Position numbers and translations under genes: made by a program. This document shows, in pieces, positions 40,811 through 51,884 of a DNA stretch of 64,000 nucleotides. The stretch spans positions 928,001 through 992,000 of the forward strand of contig CAWDVW010000005.1 of the NCBI GenBank assembly GCA_963805855.1. Direction: 5' to 3'. The notes below the pieces were generated by a model, which ran no database searches, was not told the DNA's origin, and saw only the letters and a list, made by a program, of their open reading frames with translations. Source of the DNA: Candidatus Dadabacteria bacterium. GTDB taxonomy: Bacteria > Desulfobacterota_D > UBA1144 > Nemesobacterales > CSP1-2. Every line of letters starts with the position of its first letter. Positions within the stretch are counted from its first letter, which is position 1.

Positions 40811-41620
40811 TCATGCCCTCGCCTGTTCCTGAAGTAATTTGATAGCAACATCCGCGGCCTTTTTTCCTGAGAGAAGCATACCACCGAATGTTGGCCCCAT
40901 TCTAGGTAGGCCAAAAACAGTATTTACAGCCATTCCACATGCGATCAATCCGGGATAGACCTCACCCGTGTATTCGACCAGTGCGTCTTCCGATTTTTCG
41001 ACCCACATCGATCCGTGACCGGGGAGCTTCTTGTAAAGACCTTGCTGTGACAGCCTAGATACAAGGTAGGCGTCGTGACCAGTAGCGTCTATTACAAGTT
41101 TTGACTCAAGAGCAATTGGGTCAAGACAAGTTATTTCCTTCGGCATATTTGCAACCGGAGTCCAATTTATAACTACACCTGCCACCCTACCATTTTCTCT
41201 ATAAACCAGGTCGTCGAACATTGTCATATTCCTTACCCTTGCCCCGGCTTCACAAGCCGTAGCTATGAGTTTCGAGCAGGCAAATGGGCCGTCAGCAACA
41301 TAGAGCCCGTCTGAAACCTCTTTATATGGGACTTCTATTTCATCCAGAACGGTTTGACCCGGATCCCGCACCGTTACTTTATTCATTAGATAACCACCTA
41401 TCCAAAATCCACCCCCAAGATAATTCATCCTCTCAACCAGAAGTACCTTGAACTTCTTCTTTGCAATATCCTTCGCAGCAACGAGCCCACTGGGTCCAGC
41501 ACCAACAATAATTACATCGCTTGTTATGTATTCAGTGAATTCCTCAGCGAAACCCTCAACTATAGCCCTTGTGACCTCCTTCTCCCCAACAGGTGCAAAG
41601 ATAGTCTTATTCTTAGACAT
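40811..41620 (-). CDS. thi4: Thi4-type thiazole synthase
   Basis: [46 protein letters not shown]. Confidence 0.93.
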   Translation of the reverse strand: MSKNKTIFAPVGEKEVTRAIVEGFAEEFTEYITSDVIIVGAGPSGLVAAKDIAKKKFKVLLVERMNYLGGGFWIGGYLMNKVTVRDPGQTVLDEIEVPYKEVSDGLYVADGPFACSKLIATACEAGARVRNMTMFDDLVYRENGRVAGVVINWTPVANMPKEITCLDPIALESKLVIDATGHDAYLVSRLSQQGLYKKLPGHGSMWVEKSEDALVEYTGEVYPGLIACGMAVNTVFGLPRMGPTFGGMLLSGKKAADVAIKLLQEQARA

Positions 41621-41831
41621 TAAATTACTACCTCCGTACTTAAATATCCTATCTGAGTCTTAATCTATCATAAATACAGTGGTCGTCAATAGTATGTTAA
41701 GTTAACTCGATCTATCGATGCCCCTAAAAATGACACAATACTAGCAATTCATCTATTTATTAGTTATTTTAAATTCAGTTTAAGAGTATTTTTTATCTCA
41801 CATACACACAATATCTTAGGAGGAAGAGCAA

Positions 41832-42674
41832 ATGAAAATATATTTTAAATTGATCCTTCTGCTGACGCTTGGGTTAGCAATTACGGCTATCACCTTAGCG
41901 GAAAACGCGTTTTCGGGCGAAGGGATAATAATGGAGCAGGTGAGGTATAAGCAGGGAAGCCCGAAAAAGGAGAAAGGAAAGATCTGGGTTATGGACAATA
42001 AAATTAAGTTTGAAGAAGAAACTGGACAGGCCGCAGCAATCTTCGATTTAAATACCGGGGAAATGATTCAGATCGACAGACAAGGTAGGAGATATGTCAT
42101 TGCTAAACCGGACGAGTATTTTAAATTCATTCAAGATATCACCTCAAAAATGAAGACTGAAATGGAGAAACAGCTTTCTCAGCTCCCACCCGATAAGAGG
42201 GCCCAGATGGAAGAGATGATGAAATCTCAGGGAATGTCCCTGCCAGGTAGCTCAACCAAACCAAGGGACCTGAAACTACAAAAACCCGGTAAAGACGAAA
42301 CTATAGCCGGATACAAGTCTGTAAAGTATGAAGTTTACGAAGATGGAAAGCTCATCGAAGAAATATGGACGAATAATGAAGCTCTAAATAATGAAATTGA
42401 TATCAAAAAAATGTCTAATTACCTTCAGCGAATCAAAGACATAAGTGAAAATGCAGGTGGTATGGGATTTAATCCAGAGGGTCAGACAGTCTACAAAGAA
42501 GTGTTTGAATCTGGATTCCCGATGAAGACCGTCGACCATAAATCAGGAGACGGTATTTATGTAGAAGAAATAACAAAGGTATCAAAAGCAAATTTGAGTG
42601 ATTCGGAATTTGTTCCGCCAAACGATTATAAGAAAATTACCCTTCAAGAAATGATGCAGCAGCTGGGAAAATAG
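41832..42674 (+). CDS. Exported DUF4412-like protein
   Basis: Signal peptide; ETIAGYKSVKY, EIW, GFPMKT, SEFVPPNDYKK. Confidence 0.7.
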   Translation: MKIYFKLILLLTLGLAITAITLAENAFSGEGIIMEQVRYKQGSPKKEKGKIWVMDNKIKFEEETGQAAAIFDLNTGEMIQIDRQGRRYVIAKPDEYFKFIQDITSKMKTEMEKQLSQLPPDKRAQMEEMMKSQGMSLPGSSTKPRDLKLQKPGKDETIAGYKSVKYEVYEDGKLIEEIWTNNEALNNEIDIKKMSNYLQRIKDISENAGGMGFNPEGQTVYKEVFESGFPMKTVDHKSGDGIYVEEITKVSKANLSDSEFVPPNDYKKITLQEMMQQLGK

Positions 42675-42738
42675 ATAAACTGTGGTAATACCAGCAGGGC
42701 TTGTAATAAGACCTGCGCGGTGTATTAACAGACTTTAG

Positions 42739-43191
42739 TCATTCTTGGTTTTCCTTAGTAACTTCGACCTTTATCACTACAGATACGTCGGAGTAAAGTT
42801 TTACTCTGACATCATGCGTACCCAATGTTTTAATCGGTGAAGCGAGGTCAATATCCTTTTTTGAAATATCAAAACCCTGATTTGAGAGGGAATCAGAAAT
42901 GGTCTGAGTGGTCACCGAACCAAAGATTCGCTCTTCATCACCAACTTTCATTGGAATTGTGCAAATAACTCCCTCTAGTCTAGAAGCAATTGTTTTCGCC
43001 TCTTCCTTTAACTTTACCTCCCTTTTCTTCAACGAGCCTATTTGCTGCTCCCACGTTTTCAAATTACCGCGTGTAGCTTCTATGGCAATTTTCCTAGGAA
43101 TCAAGAAATTCCTTGCAAAACCGCTTTTCACCTCCCTGATTTCTCCCTTCTTGCCGAAAACTCCTTCATCGGATATGACTATCACCTTCAT
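42739..43191 (-). CDS. rplI: 50S ribosomal protein L9
   Basis: VKSGFARNFLIP, IFGSVT, IKTLG. Confidence 0.97.
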   Translation of the reverse strand: MKVIVISDEGVFGKKGEIREVKSGFARNFLIPRKIAIEATRGNLKTWEQQIGSLKKREVKLKEEAKTIASRLEGVICTIPMKVGDEERIFGSVTTQTISDSLSNQGFDISKKDIDLASPIKTLGTHDVRVKLYSDVSVVIKVEVTKENQE

Positions 43192-43249
43192 GTAGACCCC
43201 TCCTAAATTGCATTTTAACTCTTAGAACTTAATAGGACCGAGCCGCTCT

Positions 43250-43486
43250 CTAGTGAAGGACAGTAAATGGAAGTAATGCCATTGTCCGGGCTCTTTTAAT
43301 AGCTGAGGCAAGTGCTCTTTGGTGCCTAGCGCACAGACCGGAGCTCCTTCTAGGCACTATCTTTCTTCTTTCAGTTATGAAACTCGAGAGAAGATCATAG
43401 TCCTTGTAGTCAATCTTTATCGGCTCTGAGCAAAATTTACAGACCTTCCTCTTCGTAAAAAACCTCTTGTCCTTTTTTTCTTCCAT
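43250..43486 (-). CDS. rpsR: 30S ribosomal protein S18
   Basis: [22 protein letters not shown]. Confidence 0.97.
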   Translation of the reverse strand: MEEKKDKRFFTKRKVCKFCSEPIKIDYKDYDLLSSFITERRKIVPRRSSGLCARHQRALASAIKRARTMALLPFTVLH

Positions 43487-43489
43487 CTC

Positions 43490-43846
43490 TTAGATACCCC
43501 CGTTATGGCTATTCGTCTTTGAAGAATCAACCCCACTAAGTGCTTCATCTTCGTCTATATTTAAGGTAATAAACCTTAAGACATCCGTATTGAAAAACCT
43601 TAGATTTTTTTCCATCTCATTTACCGCACCAGGCAATGATTTATATATTAGCAAATAGTAAATCCCTTTTTCATAGTCACGGATTCGATAGGCAAGATCC
43701 CTCTCTTTCCATTTCTCAGATCTGATTATCTCCCCATCATGCTTTGAAATCGTCTCACTTAGCCTGCTCTGCACCTTGGCTAAGTCCTCTTCTGTGAGAT
43801 CAGACCTCGTTAAATAAAGCGTCTCGTAATACCTCGACTTTTGCAT
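43490..43846 (-). CDS. rpsF: 30S ribosomal protein S6
   Basis: YYETLYL, RDLAYRI, DVLRF; adjacent to rpsR. Confidence 0.93.
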   Translation of the reverse strand: MQKSRYYETLYLTRSDLTEEDLAKVQSRLSETISKHDGEIIRSEKWKERDLAYRIRDYEKGIYYLLIYKSLPGAVNEMEKNLRFFNTDVLRFITLNIDEDEALSGVDSSKTNSHNGGI

Positions 43847-43916
43847 TCTAAATACCTCCGTTTTGGTCTAACCGACCGTAAGTACGTCTAAGAAATCCGT
43901 ACTTAGGGTAACGGGT

Positions 43917-45005
43917 TTAATTCTTAAACCTAAAATATACCATATCCCCGTCTTCAATTTGATAATCCTTCCCCTCGATCCTCAAAAGTCCCAGCTCCCT
44001 TGCTTTTGAATCTGAGCCGCATTTTGCAAAATCCCCATATGAAATTACCTCAGCTTTTATAAAACCCTTTTCAAAATCGCTATGGATCTTGCCCGCTGCC
44101 TTTGGTGCCTTAGTTCCACTCTTCACGCTCCAAGCCCTAAGCTCAACACCATTAGTGGTATAAAAAGTGACAAGTTTCAACAGCCCATAAGATGCCTTCA
44201 CAAGCCTTATCAAACCAGATTCGGACAAACCCACCTCCCGTAAATATTGCATCATTTCTTCTTCAGTCAACTCCTGTAGTTCAAGTTCCAGCTTTCCAAA
44301 AACCTTAATCATACCCGCATCTTCCCCTTCTGAAATAATCTTTAAGACCTCAGTGACGTATTCATCATCGCCGTTTTCTTCGAGATTTGCTATATAGAGA
44401 ACAGGTTTATTTGTGAGAAGGTTTAAATCAACCAGCAAATTCTCCTCAGCTTCCCCTGTGGCCACAAATTCACGGGAAGTGCTGCCCCTGGAAATATGGT
44501 CTTCCAAACGTTGAAGAAAGCTGAGCTCGGCCTGTGCCTCTCTATCTCCCGATTTAGCGATCTTGGCCACTTTTTCCTTTCTCCTTCCTACAGTTTCCAG
44601 ATCTGCAAGTATGAGCTCCAACTTTACCACCTCTATGTCTCTTCTCGGATCAACAGTCTCAAAGACATGCGAAACATCTGACTCAAAACATCTCACGACA
44701 TGCAGTAATGCATCTACTTCCCTAATATGCCCGAGAAATTTATTTCCCAAACCCTCACCTTTACTGGCTCCTTTCACAAGACCAGCTATGTCAATAAACT
44801 TTAAGGTAGCTGGGATTATCTTCTGAGGTTTAATTACATCTGCAAGCCTTCGCAATCTCTCATCAGGTACGTTAACAATTCCAACATTTGGCTCAATCGT
44901 AGTAAACGGATAGTCGGCGACCAAGGCTCTGGCATTTGTTAACGCATTAAATATGGTAGATTTCCCAGAATTTGGAAGACCCACAATTCCACAGCTTACA
45001 CTCAT
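43917..45005 (-). CDS. ychF: Ribosome-binding ATPase YchF
   Basis: GIVGLPNSGKST, DIAGLVKGASKGEGLGNKFL, IHSDFEKGFI. Confidence 0.97.
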   Translation of the reverse strand: MSVSCGIVGLPNSGKSTIFNALTNARALVADYPFTTIEPNVGIVNVPDERLRRLADVIKPQKIIPATLKFIDIAGLVKGASKGEGLGNKFLGHIREVDALLHVVRCFESDVSHVFETVDPRRDIEVVKLELILADLETVGRRKEKVAKIAKSGDREAQAELSFLQRLEDHISRGSTSREFVATGEAEENLLVDLNLLTNKPVLYIANLEENGDDEYVTEVLKIISEGEDAGMIKVFGKLELELQELTEEEMMQYLREVGLSESGLIRLVKASYGLLKLVTFYTTNGVELRAWSVKSGTKAPKAAGKIHSDFEKGFIKAEVISYGDFAKCGSDSKARELGLLRIEGKDYQIEDGDMVYFRFKN

Positions 45006-45089
45006 TTCTAAACGTAGTTATGAAAAATTATTTTTTTCAATGGTTTTATTACCTGTCGTTTAAAATACATTATCCCCGACACAAGATCT

Positions 45090-47135
45090 CTAAATTAATA
45101 AAGGGGCGACAACCAGCGAAACAATTGACATCAGCTTAATCAATATGTTCATGGCTGGGCCGGACGTGTCCTTGAACGGATCACCCACGGTATCACCCAC
45201 TACAGCGGCCTTGTGGGCATCAGAGCCCTTACCACCAAGGTTTCCTTCTTCAATAAATTTCTTTGCATTATCCCATGCACCCCCTGAGTTCGCCATCATC
45301 AAAGCAAGCATGACACCCGTTACCACAGCTCCCGCCAAGAAGCCCCCGAGTGCCTGCGGGCCAAGGATGAAACCGATTATGAGAGGTGCAACCACTGCTG
45401 TTATCCCGGGAATTACCATTTCCCTCAGTGCCGCGTCGGTACTGATTCGAACGCAGGTTTCGTAATCTGCCGTCGCAGTCCCCTCAAGCAGTCCGGTTAT
45501 TTCCCTGAACTGTCTTCTCACTTCTTCTACCATCTTCTGTGCGGTCCTTCCCACAGCGCCCATAGTAAGGGCTGCGAGGAGAAATGGAATAGTTCCACCG
45601 ATCAGCAACCCAGATACTACCTTACTGTTTGTAAGGTCTATAGTGCTGAGTCCAACCGCATTTGTATACGCAGCGAATAAAGCTAAAGCAGCAAGAGCCG
45701 CGGACCCTATGGCAAAACCTTTACCTATCGCCGCAGTGGTGTTACCCAATGAATCAAGCCTGTCCGTAATCTTTCTCACATCTGCGCCGAGATGCGCCAT
45801 TTCGGTTATGCCGCCAGCGTTGTCAGCGACAGGACCGTACGCGTCAACGGACATAGTGATCCCTATTGTTGCAAGCATACTCACCGCTGCGATTCCAATT
45901 CCGTATAGGCCCGCGAAAACAAAGGAAAACCCTATGGCAATTGCTATTGTAATAACGGGAAGGGTTGTACTGATCATCCCCACGGATAATCCTTCTATGA
46001 TGTTTGTTGCAACACCGGTTTGAGATGCCTCTGCGATCTTCCTTATGGGTGAACCGGATGTGTAATATTCAGTAAGAAGACCTATCACCACCCCTGAGAC
46101 GAGCCCGAGAACGGCAGCGCCAAAGATTCCCATAACAAATTTAAAGGGAATTGCATCCACAAGACCAACAATTATAAGAATAATAAGCGATATAGCCAGA
46201 TAGATTGCGCCGGTATAGAAGGTTGCACGCCTTAATATCAGTTGAGGATCGAGATCTTTAAACCATTCGACAGTCTTAGAACCAAGTACCGAGGACATAC
46301 TCCCCAATGTAATCAGTACCAGTGGGATCGACATAAGAGAGATCTGGTTTTCCGGCATGCTAGCAGCAATGACTATAGTTGCTACGACAGCACCCACGTA
46401 CGATTCGAAAAGGTCAGCACCCATTCCTGCGACATCACCAACATTGTCTCCAACATTGTCGGCTATCGTCGCCGGGTTTCTAGGATCATCCTCAGGTATC
46501 CCCGCCTCAACCTTACCTACCAGATCCGCTCCAACATCCGCTCCTTTAGTAAAAATCCCCCCTCCTATTCTCGCAAAGAGTGCGACGGAGCTTGCCCCCA
46601 TCGCGAATCCGCCAATGATTCCAGCGAACTTCTGAACAAAACTCGTAAGCGCCAATGTATCGGTAGGGTTATCAGGGATCCCTACACCAAGGGCAAAGGC
46701 AATAGAAAGCCCAAGAAGACCGAGCCCCGCCACAGAAAGTCCCATCACATTTCCACCCTTAAACGCAACAATTAGTGCCTTCGCCTGACCTTCGGTCGCT
46801 GCGGCCTGAGCGGTCCGCACATTTGCCTTAGTAGCAGATTTCATTCCGCAAAAACCAGCCACTAAAGAGCATATCGCCCCGCCAAGATATGCGATACCCG
46901 CCCTGAAATCTATAAATATCGAAACAAGAATAAATACAACTATCACAAAAATTGCAATTATCCTGTATTCTCTCCTTAAAAAAACCATGGCTCCTTGATG
47001 AATAGCCGAACAGATTTCCCTCATCTTTTCAGTGCCATCAGGAAGTGACTTTATGTCTCTGTACACCGTGAAGGCGTATCCTAAGACCAGTATGCCAAAA
47101 ACGGAACCGAAAAGGGCTGCTATAACCTCACCCAT
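45090..47135 (-). CDS. hppA: Membrane-bound ion-translocating pyrophosphatase (K+-dependent type, probably Na+-pumping)
   Basis: [26 protein letters not shown] (Ala marks K+-dependent enzymes), [10 protein letters not shown]. Confidence 0.95.
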   Translation of the reverse strand: MGEVIAALFGSVFGILVLGYAFTVYRDIKSLPDGTEKMREICSAIHQGAMVFLRREYRIIAIFVIVVFILVSIFIDFRAGIAYLGGAICSLVAGFCGMKSATKANVRTAQAAATEGQAKALIVAFKGGNVMGLSVAGLGLLGLSIAFALGVGIPDNPTDTLALTSFVQKFAGIIGGFAMGASSVALFARIGGGIFTKGADVGADLVGKVEAGIPEDDPRNPATIADNVGDNVGDVAGMGADLFESYVGAVVATIVIAASMPENQISLMSIPLVLITLGSMSSVLGSKTVEWFKDLDPQLILRRATFYTGAIYLAISLIILIIVGLVDAIPFKFVMGIFGAAVLGLVSGVVIGLLTEYYTSGSPIRKIAEASQTGVATNIIEGLSVGMISTTLPVITIAIAIGFSFVFAGLYGIGIAAVSMLATIGITMSVDAYGPVADNAGGITEMAHLGADVRKITDRLDSLGNTTAAIGKGFAIGSAALAALALFAAYTNAVGLSTIDLTNSKVVSGLLIGGTIPFLLAALTMGAVGRTAQKMVEEVRRQFREITGLLEGTATADYETCVRISTDAALREMVIPGITAVVAPLIIGFILGPQALGGFLAGAVVTGVMLALMMANSGGAWDNAKKFIEEGNLGGKGSDAHKAAVVGDTVGDPFKDTSGPAMNILIKLMSIVSLVVAPLLI

Positions 47136-47185
47136 TTGTTTAAACCTCCTTTCAGATTATTAGTGTTGAAGCCTCTGTTCCAAAA

Positions 47186-47758
47186 TCAGATTTCCCATTT
47201 TCTGTTAAACTTGCTCATTGCTTTTTCCAAACCATTAAGTATCGTTTCCATCACAGCTTCTGCAGCTTTTTCAACCATAACCTTTATTATCTTTATTTCA
47301 CCTTTTTCAAACTCCGACAACACATGGTTGACCACCTCGGGCTTCTGCGTTGGCCTACCCACCCCGATTCGAATCCTTATGAAATCAGACCCGCCCAGGT
47401 GCCCTACGACAGAATCAATTCCTTTATGACCGGCGCTCCCACCACCAAACTTTACTTGCATCGCCCCTGTCGGAAGATCAATCTCATCATGAACCACTAA
47501 AACGTCACTCGTAGAAATTTTATAAAAATTCACTGCCGCATATACTGCCCTACCGCTTGCGTTCATAAACGTCTGGGGCTTTAGAAGGATGATCTTTTTC
47601 TGATCAATTATTGATTCGCAATAAAGACTATTGAATCCCCTTTTCTTTACATCAATCTCGTGCCTCTTTGCAATCTCATCAATCACCATAAATCCGACGT
47701 TATGTCTTGACAAAGAGTACTTTTTACCCGGATTACCTAGACCAACAATCAAAAACAT
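47186..47758 (-). CDS. pth: Peptidyl-tRNA hydrolase
   Basis: VGLGNPG, RHNVGF, KPQTFMN, GHKG. Confidence 0.97.
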   Translation of the reverse strand: MFLIVGLGNPGKKYSLSRHNVGFMVIDEIAKRHEIDVKKRGFNSLYCESIIDQKKIILLKPQTFMNASGRAVYAAVNFYKISTSDVLVVHDEIDLPTGAMQVKFGGGSAGHKGIDSVVGHLGGSDFIRIRIGVGRPTQKPEVVNHVLSEFEKGEIKIIKVMVEKAAEAVMETILNGLEKAMSKFNRKWEI

Positions 47759-47766
47759 CCTTAAAG

Positions 47767-48441
47767 CTATTCCTTCTCGTCTCCCTCATCCACAGTTTTC
47801 TCGGCTGCCTCCACCTCCTCTGCAGCCTCCTCACCCTCGGCTACGACTTCTGCCACAGCCACTTCTTCTTCAACCCTAGGAGCAAGAACCGTTACAACCG
47901 TATCATCAGGTTCGTGAAGTACAGTAAGGTCTTCTGATAGCTGTAAATCTCTTATATGTATAGAGTCCCCTAGGCCCAACTCGGATACATCGACCTCAAA
48001 AAAGTTTGGTATATCCTTAGGAAAGCATTCAATCTCGATTTCTCTAAGTATCTCTTCAAGAATCCCATGTTCATTTTTAACACCCGTAGCTAATCCAAGG
48101 AACTTCACCGGAACCTTAACATTTAATTTCTCTTTCATCTGGACTTCTTGAAAGTCGAGGTGAATTGGTTTATTCGTTAAGAAATCAAACTGGATATCCC
48201 TTAGCAATGCCAATTTCGAAATTTCGTCTCCGTCACCATGAATTTTAATCTCGAGCAATGTGTTCTCACCCGCCTCGGTCGATAGAGCTTCTTTAAGATC
48301 ATTGGGATTTACAATTAGTGGAATCGGTTCAGTCTCTCTCCCATAAAGTATAGATGGGATATTCCCCTCCCTCCTCACCTGCCTCGCTCCTCCTTTCCCC
48401 ACCCTGTATCTCTGCTTTACTATCAACGTGTTTTGAGCCAT
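47767..48441 (-). CDS. rplY: 50S ribosomal protein L25/Ctc
   Basis: RREGNIPSILYG, IHLDF, acidic tail. Confidence 0.95.
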   Translation of the reverse strand: MAQNTLIVKQRYRVGKGGARQVRREGNIPSILYGRETEPIPLIVNPNDLKEALSTEAGENTLLEIKIHGDGDEISKLALLRDIQFDFLTNKPIHLDFQEVQMKEKLNVKVPVKFLGLATGVKNEHGILEEILREIEIECFPKDIPNFFEVDVSELGLGDSIHIRDLQLSEDLTVLHEPDDTVVTVLAPRVEEEVAVAEVVAEGEEAAEEVEAAEKTVDEGDEKE

Positions 48442-48463
48442 ATTAATCTCCCTATTACAAAAT

Positions 48464-49405
48464 CTAAGTAAACAAAGTACTTATCGATTCTCCCGTCGTT
48501 ATTCTTTTTATAGCCTCCCCTATTAGGCTAGAAATAGTCAAGACCTTTATTTTTTTTGACCTTTTGACTTCCTCGCTGGGCTCAATAGTATCCGTTATTA
48601 CCGCCTCGACTAAATCTGATTCTTCGATCTTCTCCACCGCTCTTCCAGATAGTACACCATGAGTGCAACATAAAGAAACCTGCTTCGCACCTTCCCTAAC
48701 AAGCACCTGCGCGGCCTGTACGGCGGTTCCCGCCGTGTCGACAAGGTCATCAACTATTATTGCGCATTTCCCCTTAACATCTCCAATTAGGTATGTGATT
48801 TTAGCCACATTTGGGCCGGTACGTCTCTTATCGGTCATAGCAAGCCCAGCATCTAGTCTATTTGCATATGCCCTTGCCCTTTCCATTCCGCCCGCATCAG
48901 GAGACACAATCACTAACTTATCATTATTAAATTTCTTCCGAAAATAGTTAATAAATACGGGAGCGGCATATAGATGATCTACCGGGACATCAAAAAATCC
49001 CTGAATCTGGCCCGCATGCAGATCGACTGTGACAACCCTGTTAACCCCGGCTTTTACAATCAGATCGGCAATAAGTTTTGCTGAGATAGGAGCCCTGGGC
49101 TGAACCTTTCGATCCTGTCTCGCATATCCATAATATGGAACGACAGCTGTAATTGCCCTAGCCGAAGCCCTCTTCAACGCATCGGTAATAATGAGGAGCT
49201 CCATAATATGCTCGTTTACCGGGGGACAAGTAGACTGAATTATAAAGACATGCGCACCACGTACACTCTCGGAGATCTCTACAATTACCTCTCCATCACT
49301 AAACCTGCGTATCTCGGCTTTCCCAAAGGGGACGTCCATATATCTACAAACCGCTTCTACGAGAGGAACATTCGATGTACCACTAAATATTTTTGTTGGC
49401 CCCAT
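48464..49405 (-). CDS. prs: Ribose-phosphate pyrophosphokinase
   Basis: FSDGE, YYGYARQD, DLHAGQIQGFF, VDDLVDTAGT. Confidence 0.97.
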   Translation of the reverse strand: MGPTKIFSGTSNVPLVEAVCRYMDVPFGKAEIRRFSDGEVIVEISESVRGAHVFIIQSTCPPVNEHIMELLIITDALKRASARAITAVVPYYGYARQDRKVQPRAPISAKLIADLIVKAGVNRVVTVDLHAGQIQGFFDVPVDHLYAAPVFINYFRKKFNNDKLVIVSPDAGGMERARAYANRLDAGLAMTDKRRTGPNVAKITYLIGDVKGKCAIIVDDLVDTAGTAVQAAQVLVREGAKQVSLCCTHGVLSGRAVEKIEESDLVEAVITDTIEPSEEVKRSKKIKVLTISSLIGEAIKRITTGESISTLFT

Positions 49406-49513
49406 TTGATATCTCTGAGACTACTAAACACCTTCACCCTTTATGTTTGAAGCGGAAAATTATAAAATAAATGGTGAATAATTCAAGTCTTTAAAGTGTA
49501 TTCACGGCCCGAG

Positions 49514-49957
49514 ATGACTAATTCAAATGTTTTGCCGACAAAAAGGGAGGTTACATTCATTCAAACACAAAAGATTGCAAGAATGGCGACCGTCGATAAA
49601 TCTGGCAAGCCTCTCGTTCTTCCGATCTGTTACGCATACGACGGTAATTACATATACACACCAATAGATAAAAAACCTAAACGTGTTGCACCAATGGAAC
49701 TAAATAGAATCAAAAATATCGTAAACAACCCGAACGTTTCCGTTGTAATTGACAGATATTATGAGGATTGGACTAGGATTGCATATATCATAATACATGG
49801 CACTGCCGTGGTAATCGACAGAGGAAAGGAATACCGAGAATCGCTAAGAATCCTTAGCGAAAGGTATCGTCAGTACAAACATATGAAACTTTCTCAATTA
49901 GGCCTGCCAGTAATCAAGATCATTCCAAATCGTTTCATATCTTGGGGTAAAATATAG
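49514..49957 (+). CDS. PPOX-class (pyridoxamine oxidase-like), putatively F420-dependent, Rv0121-like protein
   Basis: ARMATVD..GKPLVLPICYA, YTPIDKKPK, RIKNI..NPNVSVVIDRYYEDW; start uncertain (49496 or 49514). Confidence 0.8.
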   Translation: MTNSNVLPTKREVTFIQTQKIARMATVDKSGKPLVLPICYAYDGNYIYTPIDKKPKRVAPMELNRIKNIVNNPNVSVVIDRYYEDWTRIAYIIIHGTAVVIDRGKEYRESLRILSERYRQYKHMKLSQLGLPVIKIIPNRFISWGKI

Positions 49958-49997
49958 AAACATCAGATGATAAAATCCCCGTTTGAGTTTAAGACAG

Positions 49998-51179
49998 ATG
50001 ATTAAGGCCGGTGTCGGAATATCAGGCACTCTTAACGCCAGCGAAGCAGCAGGCGAAGCGTCTTTCCAAGCCATGAAAAGCGGCGATCTAAAGAGGGCTG
50101 ATTGGGCTCTTGTCTTTTGTACGTTTCCCCACAGAGAAAAATATAAGGATATATTAAGAACCGTTTGCGACATAACCCATACCACAAACTTAATTGGATG
50201 CAGTGGCTTGGGGGTGCTTACAAACTCAGCTGAGATTGAGGCGGAGCCAGGCGTCTGCGTTTTAGCCGTTTCTTCCAATTCAATAAAGACCTCTTCATTC
50301 ATGTGTGGGGATCCCACCGATGAAGGACTTAAAGCCGGAGTTGAAATCGGTAAAAGACTTAAGCCGATCGGATATGAGAAAACACTACTTGCCCTCCTTC
50401 CCGACCCATTCAATTTTCGCCCTGAACTTTTATTCCGAGGAATCGAATCAGTATTGGGGTATATACCGATCGTGGGGGCGACAGCCTCTGAGAATCCCTA
50501 CATCAATGAAACCGCTGTATTCAATGGGGACAATGTCTCACGAAGGTCGGTTTCCGGAATTATTATGAAGGGCGAGTTTGACTATAGTATTGGTATAACA
50601 CAGGGTTGTCAGCCCATAGGTAATCCTTTCGTTATTACAAGGTGTGAAAGCAATATTATCATGGAGCTAGATAATAAGCCCGCATACGAGGTTTTGAAAA
50701 GGCACGTCCCACAAACAATACTCGAAAAACCCCATGATCTGATACGGACTTTATTTGTAGGATTCAGCCCCGATCCGGGCGCGAGGAAAATAGTTGGAGG
50801 CGATTATCTAATTAGAAATATCATGGGAATCAATCCCGAAAGGGGGATCATTGCCGTCGCTGAGAATGTTAGGGATGGGCAGACAATCATATTTGCCATC
50901 AGGAATCCTCAAATGGCGCGCGAAGACCTGAAACAGATGCTAGAACGTATAAAATCCTCCTCCGACTCCGAGAAACCCTTCAAGTTTGGCTTATTTTTCA
51001 ACTGTTGCGCAAGGGGCTCATCACTTTACGGGCAGAAGGGCATCGACACGGCATACATAAGTCACTACCTCGAGGGTGTACCAATAATCGGCTTTTTCGG
51101 AAACTCCGAATTCGCAAGTCTGCAGGGTAAGAACCACCTATTCACATATACAGGCGTATTAGTATTGATTTCAGAATAA
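49998..51179 (+). CDS. FIST N+C domain protein
   Basis: LIGCSGLG, ITQGCQPIG, YLIRNIMG, FNCCARG, GFFGNSE; start at 49983 or 49998. Confidence 0.88.
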   Translation: MIKAGVGISGTLNASEAAGEASFQAMKSGDLKRADWALVFCTFPHREKYKDILRTVCDITHTTNLIGCSGLGVLTNSAEIEAEPGVCVLAVSSNSIKTSSFMCGDPTDEGLKAGVEIGKRLKPIGYEKTLLALLPDPFNFRPELLFRGIESVLGYIPIVGATASENPYINETAVFNGDNVSRRSVSGIIMKGEFDYSIGITQGCQPIGNPFVITRCESNIIMELDNKPAYEVLKRHVPQTILEKPHDLIRTLFVGFSPDPGARKIVGGDYLIRNIMGINPERGIIAVAENVRDGQTIIFAIRNPQMAREDLKQMLERIKSSSDSEKPFKFGLFFNCCARGSSLYGQKGIDTAYISHYLEGVPIIGFFGNSEFASLQGKNHLFTYTGVLVLISE

Positions 51180-51398
51180 TCCTCTAAGAATTGTTTCTCC
51201 CATCGCAATAATCGGGGAATTCTCGAAATCGTCATTTCGAGCCAGGATTGAAACATTCCTTGTCAGGCACATTCCTCCCATAAGGTTAAGCGCCGAATTG
51301 GCTATTTCGTCGTGTCATTTCTTTAAAGTGCCGACTTGCATAAGAAGATACATTTTTATATTATAGGTAAGTAATGATTACGTGAGAAGGAGGAAACC

Positions 51399-51884
51399 AT
51401 GTGTAAAAAATATTTTTCAAAAAGCTCATCAATCTTGTTCTTTTTGCTCATTTCACTGTCAATAAACCTGCCATCCGGCATTTCTCAAGAAACAGAGCAG
51501 AAGGCTTCAGACGAAGCCGGAAAGACATTGTATCAACGTCTTGGTGGATACGACGCCGTCGCAGCCGTAGTCGGACAGTTATTTGCCCGCATGATTCCAA
51601 ATCAACAGTTAAGTAAATACTTTATAGGCTTGAGTGACGATTCAAAAAAGCGAGTTCAGCAACTAACCGTCGATTTCGTATGCAGCGCAACCGGAGGACC
51701 CTGCATCTATACCGGTAGAGATATGAAGACTTCTCATGAGGGGTTGGGGATTACAGACAGTGACTGGGACGTGTCCGTAAATATTCTGGTTGGAATATTG
51801 GATGAGTTTAAAGTGCCAGAACAGGAGAAGAACGAGCTCCTCGGTATCCTATCGGGTCTAAAGCCCTCAATAATCGAAAACTAG
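51399..51884 (+). CDS. Group I truncated hemoglobin with N-terminal signal peptide
   Basis: TLYQRLGG, TGGPCIYTGRDMKTSH (proximal His); hydrophobic N-terminus; AGGAGG RBS. Confidence 0.88.
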   Translation: MCKKYFSKSSSILFFLLISLSINLPSGISQETEQKASDEAGKTLYQRLGGYDAVAAVVGQLFARMIPNQQLSKYFIGLSDDSKKRVQQLTVDFVCSATGGPCIYTGRDMKTSHEGLGITDSDWDVSVNILVGILDEFKVPEQEKNELLGILSGLKPSIIEN

